NCBI GenBank assembly: GCA_036395115.1
Contig: DASWDU010000001.1
Coordinates: 558-64,557 of the forward strand
Length of the DNA stretch: 64,000 nucleotides
Direction: 5' to 3'
Source: Thermoplasmata archaeon
GTDB taxonomy: Archaea; Thermoplasmatota; Thermoplasmata; RBG-16-68-12
In this document: positions 16,218-24,656 of the stretch, one piece after another
Position numbering within the stretch: the stretch's first letter is position 1
Layout of the letters: each line of letters begins with the position of its first letter
Notes under the pieces: generated by a model
Database searches by the model: none
What the model was told of the DNA's origin: nothing
What the model saw: only the letters and a program-made list of their open reading frames with translations
Translations under genes and position numbers: made by a program

Positions 16218-16709
16218 CTAGGGCCCTCGACGGCGGGAGCGCAGGAACAGAATCGCGAAGGCGCCGATGGCTGCGGCGAGCGCGAAGGCGCCGGCGTTGG
16301 GAGCCAGGTAGAATAACGCCGCGAGTCCGAAGAACGCGAGACCTTTGAGGAACGCGACGGCCATCACCACGGGCTGCTCGGACATTTTCTTCCGCAAGTC
16401 CGCCATCGCCTCCGGACTATCTGCAGGCAAGCTCAGATCCGCCGCTCGGTCGCGGATCGCGTAATAGAACGGGTTCCCAGGCCGTACCGCGAGGATGGGC
16501 GCGCGGTAGGTGCTGACGAAGCCCCCTGAGAAATACGCAACAACCATCCACATGAGTCCGGCGACGAAGAACGCGTACGCGAACCCCATCCCTTCCCGGG
16601 CCGGGACTAAATCAGGGACGACGGAAAAGAGGGCGCCGATCCCGGTGAAGACGACCAACACGACCAACGAGTTACGGAACAGTCTGTGCAGCCCTCGCGA
16701 CGCCGCCAT
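16218..16709 (-). CDS. Hypothetical polytopic membrane protein, paralog of 17123..17602
   Basis: 163-aa ORF. It shares the motifs WM.V.Y..G.SVS.Y, SLP and D.R.KM plus a C-terminal TM-RRR end with the ORF at 17123..17602. Confidence 0.65.
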   Translation of the reverse strand: MAASRGLHRLFRNSLVVLVVFTGIGALFSVVPDLVPAREGMGFAYAFFVAGLMWMVVAYFSGGFVSTYRAPILAVRPGNPFYYAIRDRAADLSLPADSPEAMADLRKKMSEQPVVMAVAFLKGLAFFGLAALFYLAPNAGAFALAAAIGAFAILFLRSRRRGP

Positions 16710-16789
16710 CGTAGGCCCGCATCACAGCCGGCATCCACCCAGAAAAAGGATTCGTCGGAAACCCCGACAATCGCTGCCCTGGCGGGCAG

Positions 16790-17089
16790 CTACCGTGTCG
16801 TCAGCCACTCGAAGACGTGGTTCGCGACGAAGCTCCCGGCGACCGCGAGCACGAGGAGCGCGACCCCGCCCTCCCCCGCGATTACGAGGAACCCGACGAG
16901 CCCGAAGTCCGCGGCGAGGACCGCCCGGAGATGGGATGGTCGAACCGTCTCGACGAATATGATTAGGACCCCCAAGACCAGCAGAAACACGACGGCGGCA
17001 TAGAGGGTCGCCACCGCGAGGTCCGGAATGAGGGCCATGAGCACGACGCGATGCCGCGGCGTTCCCTTAAGACTTCGGCGGAAGCCCAC
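16790..17089 (-). CDS. Small hypothetical membrane protein
   Basis: 99-aa ORF (alternative ATG at 17038). It has two or three hydrophobic helices and lies between the two paralogs. Confidence 0.5.
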   Translation of the reverse strand: MGFRRSLKGTPRHRVVLMALIPDLAVATLYAAVVFLLVLGVLIIFVETVRPSHLRAVLAADFGLVGFLVIAGEGGVALLVLAVAGSFVANHVFEWLTTR

Positions 17090-17122
17090 CGCCTGCGATC
17101 GGCTCTCCGCGCCGGCCTCAAC

Positions 17123-17602
17123 CTAAGCGATCGACCGAACTCGTCGCCTGGTTGCGAGCAGGAGGACGGCAACTCCGAGGACCAAGGCGCCGAGTGCGAG
17201 AAAACCGACGATCCAGGAAACGATTGTGATGACCCCGGCGGCGGTGAGGAAGGCGCCGAGGCCGATCAGCACGAGGCTCGGGTCCGAGCGATCCTGCATC
17301 TTCCGCCGGACATCCTCAACGACCTCCGGGTTCAACGACGGGAGGCTCGACCGACCCCCACCGAGGAACGGCCGATTCTGAAAGGCGCCGGGTCCCAAAT
17401 AGGCTGAGACGCTCATCCCGGTCGAATACCCGACCATCATCCAGGCGACCCCGAGCAAGATCGCTCCTCCACCGAGGGCGTCGGTGGAAGCGGAGGACGG
17501 CCATCCGCTCAACGAGACGGAAATCTCCGCAATCGGGACCAACAGGAGAAGGCTCGCGAGGTAGGTCGCCAGCGCCATTCGGGCCGAGTTGGGACTCCGC
17601 AT
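17123..17602 (-). CDS. Hypothetical polytopic membrane protein, paralog of 16218..16709
   Basis: 159-aa ORF with the same helix/loop layout as 16218..16709. TATA-like TGATATGG lies about 25-30 nt upstream. Confidence 0.65.
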   Translation of the reverse strand: MRSPNSARMALATYLASLLLLVPIAEISVSLSGWPSSASTDALGGGAILLGVAWMMVGYSTGMSVSAYLGPGAFQNRPFLGGGRSSLPSLNPEVVEDVRRKMQDRSDPSLVLIGLGAFLTAAGVITIVSWIVGFLALGALVLGVAVLLLATRRRVRSIA

Positions 17603-17797
17603 CGAAGGGCCGACGCCTTCCGGACCATATCAGGGTTTTGCGGAGCCTCCCGCCACAGTGGGCGGACGGCTCGAGTTGAGATTCCTGGTGTCGAGGCCGG
17701 ATTCGAACCGTCTATCGTCATCCAGTCGAGCGTCGCCGCTTCGGGGTCGGCCTCGGGAGGAACGCCTGCGCGGTCTCGAAGACCGGTGGTCCGGTCG

Positions 17798-19579
17798 TCA
17801 AGGCGGAACCTCGAGGACATGACGCACATGGACGGCCTCTCCCCTTCGTAGGTCGACCATCTCGCGAGCGGTGAGCCGCGCCGTGCCGACCGCGCGGACC
17901 GCTCCGGCGTTACGCACGACGACCTCATCGCCCGGCCGAACCTCCTTCGCGGCGTCGACGACCCCGACCGCGAAGACGTTCCCCTTCGGGAGGAAGTCTT
18001 CGATCTCGACCCAGTACGCGTCCCGGTTCGACAGGATCGCACCGCCTTCGAGCGTGAGCGACAGCATCCCACGGCCCGTGTGCATCGCGACCTGCCGACC
18101 GCCTTGCGCGATTCGGACGTTCGGGAAGCGACCGCGGAACGTCGCTCCGTCGACGAGGGCAACGCCAGGATCGCCGAACTGGAAGCGTGCGATGCGCGCC
18201 ATCTCTTCTGCGAAGCGGCTTCCTCTCGCCACGCGCTCATGCCCAGCCGTCGCCCCGTTCAGCGCGGCCGTGAGCGAGGCGAGGGATTCGTCCGATGCCG
18301 GGCGTTCCTTCGAGGATCGGATTGCATCGGGAAGCGCCTCTTGGACGATCGGCATCTCCGCGCCCAGGTGCGCGACCACCGCATCGTAGTGATTCGCTTC
18401 GACGTAGGCCCGGAGGTCTTCGGCCAGGACCGCGGCCTCGTCCCGGCTCCAGTCGCCGGTGACGGGAATGTCGTACGAGCGGGCGGGATAGAAGCGCTCG
18501 AGCTCCCGCGGGATTAGGCCGAGCGGCGAGGTGACGATGACCTCGTGCACGACGGAGGGATTCTTCGAAGCCAAGATTGCGTCACGGAACCGGCGGTGGC
18601 TCCGACTCAGGGAGTACGGCTTGCGGGCGGAGCACGGCAGCAAGAGGAGGATCCGCGCGGACGGCGGCCTCGCATACCGGTCCCGCACCCGACGCCGGAA
18701 TCGAACGACCTCGGGCCGCGTGAGCGACTCCCGCGAGTACGCGAGGAGCTCCCCCCCGGCGACGGGCGTGTACGGCTCCACGAGATCGTACCCGCGCAGG
18801 TCGAGATGCCGAAGAACGGCGGTGTTCCACGGCGCGTTCGCGAGGCGACGCTCGACGAGCTCCCGGAGGCGCCCGTGGGCGATGTGATTCCGAACGAGGA
18901 GCATCTCACGGAACAGCGCGCGTTCGTTGTGCGCCGCGAGGTCCTCCCCCGCTGTACATGCGGGGCAGCCGCACGCCTGTCGGTCCGCTTCCGCCAGGGG
19001 GAGCGCGCCGTCAGCGGTGTGAAAGAAACCCCGCGCGCTGTCAAGCCCCATCCGGCTCGAATCGACGACATCGATTCCAGCGTAGACGAGGACCGCGAGG
19101 TTCGACGGCGTCGCAAGGCCCGCGACCGCGAGGACCTTCCCAGGGCCGAGCTCCTCCCGCACGCGCCGCACCGCCTCGACGAAGTCGCGCGGCGACCGCT
19201 CGAACTCGGGCCCGTTCGCGAGGAACACGCCGTCTGCGGCTTTCGCGGCCTCGAGGTCGGACCCGCCGGCGACGATCGCGAGGTCACCGGTGGGAGCGGC
19301 CGGGGGCATGTCGAGGTCCGGCAGCGAGGCCGGCACGCCTCGCGTGGGCGGGAGATCGTCCGGATGGTCGGCGGGACGGGGGGCGAAGACGCTTCCGCTG
19401 ACCCGGATCTGCGGCCGCGAGTCCGCCGTGCGTTCCCGCACGAACAGGACCTCGGCGTACTCGGGCGCCCTTCGGGCGGGGAGGTCCACGAAGAGGACCG
19501 TCGGGAGGGGCGTCGACCGGCCGCCTCGCAACCATGTTGCGTTTCGCCCGAGGCCGCCTCGGTGGAGGATTTCCAGCAT
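17798..19579 (-). CDS. arcS: Archaeosine synthase ArcS (TGT-like domain, DUF5591 domain and C-terminal PUA domain)
   Basis: ORF 17798..19624. ATG 19579 (MLEILHRGGLGRNATW) is preferred. The DUF5591-type motif is LLLLPCSARKPYSLSRSHRRF..VTSPLGLIPRELE. The C-terminal PUA-like segment is FLPKGNVFAVGVVDAAKEVRPGDEVVV. Confidence 0.8.
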   Translation of the reverse strand: MLEILHRGGLGRNATWLRGGRSTPLPTVLFVDLPARRAPEYAEVLFVRERTADSRPQIRVSGSVFAPRPADHPDDLPPTRGVPASLPDLDMPPAAPTGDLAIVAGGSDLEAAKAADGVFLANGPEFERSPRDFVEAVRRVREELGPGKVLAVAGLATPSNLAVLVYAGIDVVDSSRMGLDSARGFFHTADGALPLAEADRQACGCPACTAGEDLAAHNERALFREMLLVRNHIAHGRLRELVERRLANAPWNTAVLRHLDLRGYDLVEPYTPVAGGELLAYSRESLTRPEVVRFRRRVRDRYARPPSARILLLLPCSARKPYSLSRSHRRFRDAILASKNPSVVHEVIVTSPLGLIPRELERFYPARSYDIPVTGDWSRDEAAVLAEDLRAYVEANHYDAVVAHLGAEMPIVQEALPDAIRSSKERPASDESLASLTAALNGATAGHERVARGSRFAEEMARIARFQFGDPGVALVDGATFRGRFPNVRIAQGGRQVAMHTGRGMLSLTLEGGAILSNRDAYWVEIEDFLPKGNVFAVGVVDAAKEVRPGDEVVVRNAGAVRAVGTARLTAREMVDLRRGEAVHVRHVLEVPP

Positions 19580-19682
19580 CGATCCCAGTGGATGTGAGCG
19601 GCCCGGCATAAAACCGCGGCCCACTCGGGGCGGTCGGAAGGCGCAGACGAATTTCGGTTCCGGTGGGCCCAGGCGCGTGAGC

Positions 19683-20312
19683 TCACTCGAGGGCCGACGT
19701 GTTGCGCTCGATCAACGCGAGTTCCTTCGCCTCGAACGCGCGGTCGTCGACGCTCAGGATGAGCGCCGCCCGGTGCAGTGCAATCTGTTCGTTGACGTAC
19801 TCGAGGAAGTGCAAGATCCGCGCGAAATCGTTGTTGATCATGAGATACTCGATCCCGTCCAGGAGGACGACCGCCCTCGGACCGTCGTTCACGAAGCTCC
19901 CGACGAGGTTGCTGAGGCTGTTCAGGTTGTGCGGGTCGATGTAGTCCTTGCCGAGGGTCGTCGACAGCCAGACCACGCGGATCTCGCGCTCTCCGCGCCG
20001 GCGGACGACGTGGTTCGGATGCTGCCGCGTGATGTACATCGGACGCCACCCGGCGTCGATCGCCCGGTGGAAGTAGGCGAGGCCTTTCTCCGGCTTGCGC
20101 TCCTTGACGAGGTAGGCGCGCCCTTCCTCGAGGTCCTTCTTCTTGCCGAAGAGCAGGTCTCTGAGAAGTTCGTCCTCCTCGAACGCGAGCAGGAGCGGCC
20201 ACAGAAGCCGCTGCATTTTCGGAACCGGCTTGCCATCCGGAGGTCCGTCTTTATACGTATGGTATCGCGTATCGGGGGTGAGATTCAATCCGCACCAAGG
20301 ATCATCGCGCAT
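19683..20312 (-). CDS. DUF835-domain protein (degenerate KaiC/RecA-like fold)
   Basis: The C-terminal 130 aa read MYITRQHPNHV...RVVWLSTT...IDPHNLNSLSNLV..F....AVVLLDGIEYLMINNDF..ILHFLEYVNE, which fits the DUF835 pattern as I remember it. Confidence 0.7.
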   Translation of the reverse strand: MRDDPWCGLNLTPDTRYHTYKDGPPDGKPVPKMQRLLWPLLLAFEEDELLRDLLFGKKKDLEEGRAYLVKERKPEKGLAYFHRAIDAGWRPMYITRQHPNHVVRRRGEREIRVVWLSTTLGKDYIDPHNLNSLSNLVGSFVNDGPRAVVLLDGIEYLMINNDFARILHFLEYVNEQIALHRAALILSVDDRAFEAKELALIERNTSALE

Positions 20313-20334
20313 GAGGAGTGCGCCGCATGCTCTC

Positions 20335-22056
20335 CTAGTGCCACGTCATTGGGCCGACGAGCGGCAACTCGCGCCCGCAGTTCATGCAGAACCGATGGTC
20401 CAGAGGATTCATGGCGCCGCAATAGACACACGTCGGGATCGCGGGGGCCTGCGGCCGCGGCGGTGCTGGCCCGGATGACTGCCGGATCAACAGCGCCGTA
20501 ATCGCTACCATGGCGAGGATCACGGGCACGAGGATGAGCAATACGAGCGAGAGACCTCCGGAGAAAATGAGCGAGAGTTCGGACGGCGGTGGACTCGGCT
20601 CGCGGTACGTCAGGGTGATCCGATCGAGCCGTGGCGTTATCGACGCGTTCAACGTCACGGGCGCGGCGACGACCTGCGCGAACCGCGCGCGCGGGAGGTG
20701 CAGCCCCGCGGGACCCGGGAAGAGGACGGGCGGGGATGGACTGGACCAGGAGAAATCGGGCATGGAGGTGTTGCCGACCCACACGCTCACCCCGATTCCG
20801 GTTTCGGCTGAAACGGTCCCAGACCAGTCGACGGTATCCCACGACGTCGTCGCCGTGCCGGAATCGACGACGGCGGACGCGAAGACGCCCGTGGCCGCGT
20901 ACGTAATCGCGCCGCCGGGCCTGAAGGTCGCGACCCCGATCCGCCAGCTCCAGCCCCCGCTGGTACCGCCAAAGTACATCCGCGTCTCGCTCCCGACCGT
21001 GACGGTCTTCGCGACGGCGACCCCGGCGCCGTCCCATGCTCCCGAGGCGCCGACCCGCAAGACCGGGTTCGCCGCGTCTCTCGTCCAGGTCCGACCGTCG
21101 GTCGACGTGGCATGGCCAATCTGCGGGAGCGGGAAACCGCCCGTGTAGTACAGCTCGTAGCCGGAGGATCCGACGACGATGCCGGTGGGATGAACGCGCG
21201 ACTCCTCCCACGAGACGTCGGGGGACATCAGCGGATTCGCGGGGTCTTCCGTCCAGTTGATTCCGTCCGGAGAAGTGGCGCGCCCCATCCGGTACGTGTA
21301 GTCCCCGGAGTGGCCCGAGAAGTACATGGTGTACGTGGAGCCTTCTCGGACTACGACGGGCGTGCTCGTGGTGGCGCTATCCCACGGCGCAAGGCCGCTG
21401 AGCACCGGCGCACTCCCGTACCGCGTCCAACTGATCCCGTCCGGCGAGGTCGCGTACCCGATCTGGATCGCGACCGGCCCGTCCCCCGCATACCACATCT
21501 TGTAGAGGGCCCCGTCGTGAATCACGACCGGGTTGCCGAGGTTTTGGTCCCACCCGAAGGGGTTGCCCGTATACACGGGGTTCGATGGGTAGCGGGTCCA
21601 CGCGACGCCGTCTGAGCTGGTTGCGTATCCGATGGCGCACTGGACCCCGACGCACCCCTGATACCACATCTTGTAAAGGCCGCCTTCGTAGAGGACCGTC
21701 GGGGAATCGACCCAGTCCGCCTCCCATCCCGTCCCGGGGCCGAACACGGGATTCGCCGGGGACCGGGCCCAGTCGGTCACGGTCCGCGCGAGGAGCAGAT
21801 CGCCGGGCGACGTCGACGCGTCGAGGTCCGTCAGTCGGCCGGACAGGAAGTCGGATTGACTCGTCCACGTGAAAGAGGCAGCCGCCGATGCGATGAGCGC
21901 GAACGCGGAGAGGATCCCAAACGTCAGTGCGAGCGAGGCGACGGCCACGCGGGCGGACGAGGCGCGGAGCGTCAAGCGGTCCTCCTCGATACGAGGGCCG
22001 GATGAGAGGAAGAACCTTCCGGCCCGGCGCCGGGCCCTCCCCGGGCGGTTGCCCAC
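20335..22056 (-). CDS. Surface beta-propeller protein (GH43/GH130-like repeats) with a TM anchor and a cytoplasmic zinc ribbon
   Basis: N-terminal signal anchor VAVASLALTFGILSAFALIASAAA. Repeats follow of the form (L)YKMWY..-IGYATS.DG(V/I).WTR(Y)..NPV. The TM segment is LSLVLLILVPVILAMVAITALLI. The tail is CVYCGAMNPLDHRFCMNCG. Confidence 0.85.
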   Translation of the reverse strand: MGNRPGRARRRAGRFFLSSGPRIEEDRLTLRASSARVAVASLALTFGILSAFALIASAAASFTWTSQSDFLSGRLTDLDASTSPGDLLLARTVTDWARSPANPVFGPGTGWEADWVDSPTVLYEGGLYKMWYQGCVGVQCAIGYATSSDGVAWTRYPSNPVYTGNPFGWDQNLGNPVVIHDGALYKMWYAGDGPVAIQIGYATSPDGISWTRYGSAPVLSGLAPWDSATTSTPVVVREGSTYTMYFSGHSGDYTYRMGRATSPDGINWTEDPANPLMSPDVSWEESRVHPTGIVVGSSGYELYYTGGFPLPQIGHATSTDGRTWTRDAANPVLRVGASGAWDGAGVAVAKTVTVGSETRMYFGGTSGGWSWRIGVATFRPGGAITYAATGVFASAVVDSGTATTSWDTVDWSGTVSAETGIGVSVWVGNTSMPDFSWSSPSPPVLFPGPAGLHLPRARFAQVVAAPVTLNASITPRLDRITLTYREPSPPPSELSLIFSGGLSLVLLILVPVILAMVAITALLIRQSSGPAPPRPQAPAIPTCVYCGAMNPLDHRFCMNCGRELPLVGPMTWH

Positions 22057-22111
22057 CGTTCCACCGACGGCCCAGAAGCTTTATCGGCCGAGGGCTTTTC
22101 GTCCGCCATCA

Positions 22112-22837
22112 ATGGCGCCTTCTCGCGTGGGGATCATCGGTGGGTCGGCGTTGGGGGATGCGTTCGCGCTCGAGGAGGAGCAGGCGAAGTTCCTCGTCAC
22201 GCCGCACGGCGCGCCCAGCGATCCGCCGCGCATCGGCAAGCACGGTGCGCTGACCGTCGCGTTCCTGCCTCGCCACGGCCATGATCATCGAATCCCGCCG
22301 CACAAGCTGAACCACCGCGCGAACCTCTGGGCGTTCAAGGAACTCGGCGTCACGCGGATCCTCGCGACCTCCTCGACCGGCTCCCTGAAGGAGACGATCC
22401 GCCCGGGGACGTTCGTCGTGCCCGACGACTTCGTCTCCTATTGGGACATCCCGACGTATTACGACGAGCGGGTCGTGCACGCGATGCCGTCCCTCGACGA
22501 GGGCCTGCGGAATGCGCTCGTGGCGGGCGCGAGGGACGCCAAGGCGACGGTCCGTGCGCGGGGCGTGTACGTGCAGACGACGGGGCCGCGCCTCGAGACG
22601 CGCGCCGAGATCGCCCACTTCAAGTCCATCGGCGATGTCGTCGGGATGACGATCGCCTCCGAGGCCACGCTCGCGAGCGAACTCGGGATTCCCTACGCCG
22701 CCCTGTGCACGGTCGACAACTTCGCCAACGGGATCGTGGACGAGCCGCTGACGTTCGAGCGGATCCGGGAGACGCAGCGGGCGAACGCGGACCTGACGAA
22801 GTCGATCGTCGTCAACGCCCTGGGGCACCTCGGATGA
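22112..22837 (+). CDS. mtnP: S-methyl-5'-thioadenosine phosphorylase / purine nucleoside phosphorylase (MTAP family)
   Basis: ORF 21869..22837. ATG 22112 (MAPSRVGIIGGSAL). Family motifs are FLPRHGHDHRIPPHKLNHRANLWA and TTGPRLETRAEI..FK..GDVVGMT. TATA-like GCTTTATC lies about 30 nt upstream. Confidence 0.9.
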   Translation: MAPSRVGIIGGSALGDAFALEEEQAKFLVTPHGAPSDPPRIGKHGALTVAFLPRHGHDHRIPPHKLNHRANLWAFKELGVTRILATSSTGSLKETIRPGTFVVPDDFVSYWDIPTYYDERVVHAMPSLDEGLRNALVAGARDAKATVRARGVYVQTTGPRLETRAEIAHFKSIGDVVGMTIASEATLASELGIPYAALCTVDNFANGIVDEPLTFERIRETQRANADLTKSIVVNALGHLG

Positions 22838-24090
22838 GCCTTCTGATCAAGGACGTCCAGCTCGAGGGCGAGGTCACCCAGATCTACATCGAGGGCAACC
22901 GAATCGCCGAGATCGGAAAGAAGCGCGAGGCGGACACGGTCCTGGACGGGAAGGGACGGATCGCCCTCCCCGGCCTCGTGAACCTGCACACGCACGCCGC
23001 CATGACGCTGTTCCGCGGCTTCGGGGACGACATGGACCTCGGGACGTGGCTCGAGACGAAGATCTGGCCCGCGGAGGCGCACCTCACGCCCGACGACGTC
23101 TACTGGGGCACGAAACTCGCCTGCCTCGAGATGATCAAGACCGGCACGACGACGTTCAACGACATGTACTTCCACGTCGACCAGGCGGGGAAGGCGGTGA
23201 AGGAGATGGGTCTCCGCGCGTTCCTCGCGGAAGGAATCGTGGACCTCAACGACCCGGAGCGGGCGGCGAAGCAGATCCGGGCCGCCGACGAGGCGAACCG
23301 CAAGATCGAGTCCCTTCGGACCGACCGCATCAGTGGGGTCCTCGGACCCCACGCCATCTACACGGTCTCGAAAGATTCGCTCCTTGGCATTCGAGAGCTC
23401 GCGGACAAGACCGGCTCCCTGATCCACCTCCACCTGTCGGAGACGAAGCGCGAGGTCGACGACTGCCTGGCGGAGACCGGGATGCGACCCGCCAAGTACC
23501 TCGACTCGATCGGCTTCCTCGCGAAGGACGTCATCGCGGCCCACGGATGCTGGCTCGACGCGGGCGAGATCGAGATCCTCGCGCACACCGGCACCAGGGT
23601 CGCCCACTGCCCCGTGTCGAACATGAAGCTCGCGACCGGCCAGGCGATGCCCTACGTCGCGATGAAAGAGACGGGCGTCGTCATGGGCCTCGGCACGGAC
23701 GGCGCAGCGAGCAACAACAACCTGGACATGTTCGAGACGATGAAAGTCGCCGCGCTCCTGCAGAAGCACGCCCACGGAGACCCGAAGGTCTTGCCTGCGC
23801 TCGAGGCGTTCGAACTCGCGACACTCAGCGGCGCGCGGGCGCTCGGGATCGACGCCGGGATCATCGGCGTGGGACGGCTCGCGGACCTCATCCTCGTCGA
23901 CCCGAGGCGGGCCGAGGTAACCCCCCGACACGACGACTTCAGCAACTGGGTCTATTCGGCCCATGGGAACATCGTCGACACGACGATCTGCGACGGACAG
24001 GTGCTGATGCGCGGTCGCCGGGTCAAGGGCGAGGCGGAGATCCTCGAGAAGGCGGCGGCGGTCGCGCGAGACCTCGTGTCGAGGCCGTGA
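22834..24090 (+). CDS. mtaD: 5-methylthioadenosine/S-adenosylhomocysteine deaminase (amidohydrolase)
   Basis: The ATG overlaps the mtnP stop (ATGA). N-terminus MSLLIKDVQLEG...LPGLVNLHTHAAMTLFRGFGDDMDLGTWL. Also HLSETKREV and GLGTDGAASNNNLDMF. Confidence 0.9.
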   Translation: MSLLIKDVQLEGEVTQIYIEGNRIAEIGKKREADTVLDGKGRIALPGLVNLHTHAAMTLFRGFGDDMDLGTWLETKIWPAEAHLTPDDVYWGTKLACLEMIKTGTTTFNDMYFHVDQAGKAVKEMGLRAFLAEGIVDLNDPERAAKQIRAADEANRKIESLRTDRISGVLGPHAIYTVSKDSLLGIRELADKTGSLIHLHLSETKREVDDCLAETGMRPAKYLDSIGFLAKDVIAAHGCWLDAGEIEILAHTGTRVAHCPVSNMKLATGQAMPYVAMKETGVVMGLGTDGAASNNNLDMFETMKVAALLQKHAHGDPKVLPALEAFELATLSGARALGIDAGIIGVGRLADLILVDPRRAEVTPRHDDFSNWVYSAHGNIVDTTICDGQVLMRGRRVKGEAEILEKAAAVARDLVSRP

Positions 24091-24092
24091 CG

Positions 24093-24656
24093 ATGGCCCT
24101 GGAGCGACTGCGGGCAAGCCTCGCTGAATGCCCCGTCGTGAAGTTCGGCGAGTACGAGTATTTCGTCCATCCGATCACGGACGGCATCCCCCTGGGACGG
24201 CCGGAGGTCCTCGACGAGGTCCTGGCGGAGCTCGCGCGAATCGGAGATTGGTCGCGCTGCGACAAGATCGTCACGGCGGAGTCGATGGGCTTCCCCCTCG
24301 CGGCCGGCCTGTCCATGCGGGTCCGGAAGCCGTACGTGTTCATCCGCAAGCGGCGGTACGGACTGCCCGGGGAGGTCTCCCTCAAGCAGACGACCGGTTA
24401 CTCGAGGACGGACATGTTCATCAACAACATCCGCAAGGCGGATCGCGTCGTCTTCGTCGACGACGTCGTCTCGACCGGCGGCACACTGCTCTCGATCGTG
24501 AAAGCCATCCGGACGATCGGCGCGGAAGTCGTCGACATCCTGATTGTGTTCGAGAAGACCCGCGAGAAGGGCCGCATGGAGGAAGAAATCGGCGTGCGGA
24601 TCAAGACGCTCCTCCCGGTCGAGGTCGTCCAAGGGAAGCTCGTCGAGCGCGCCTAG
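24093..24656 (+). CDS. hpt: Archaeal-type hypoxanthine/guanine phosphoribosyltransferase
   Basis: The ATG lies 2 nt after the mtaD stop. N-terminus LERLRASLAECPVVKFGEYEYFVHPITDGIP. The PRPP loop is VVFVDDVVSTGGT. Confidence 0.85.
   Translation: MALERLRASLAECPVVKFGEYEYFVHPITDGIPLGRPEVLDEVLAELARIGDWSRCDKIVTAESMGFPLAAGLSMRVRKPYVFIRKRRYGLPGEVSLKQTTGYSRTDMFINNIRKADRVVFVDDVVSTGGTLLSIVKAIRTIGAEVVDILIVFEKTREKGRMEEEIGVRIKTLLPVEVVQGKLVERA

Noticed and set aside
17680-17740. tRNA-like T-arm and 3' end on the minus strand (GACGG TTCGAAT CCGGC CTCGACACCA), in the spacer downstream of arcS
   Set aside because: I could not build a cloverleaf. No complementary 5' acceptor strand or D-arm exists within ~150 nt, even allowing introns. 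The T-stem has an A-G mismatch, and the acceptor/discriminator/CCA register does not work. It could be a decayed tRNA fragment or pure chance. The GC-rich hairpins at 17760-17797 look like simple post-stop structure.
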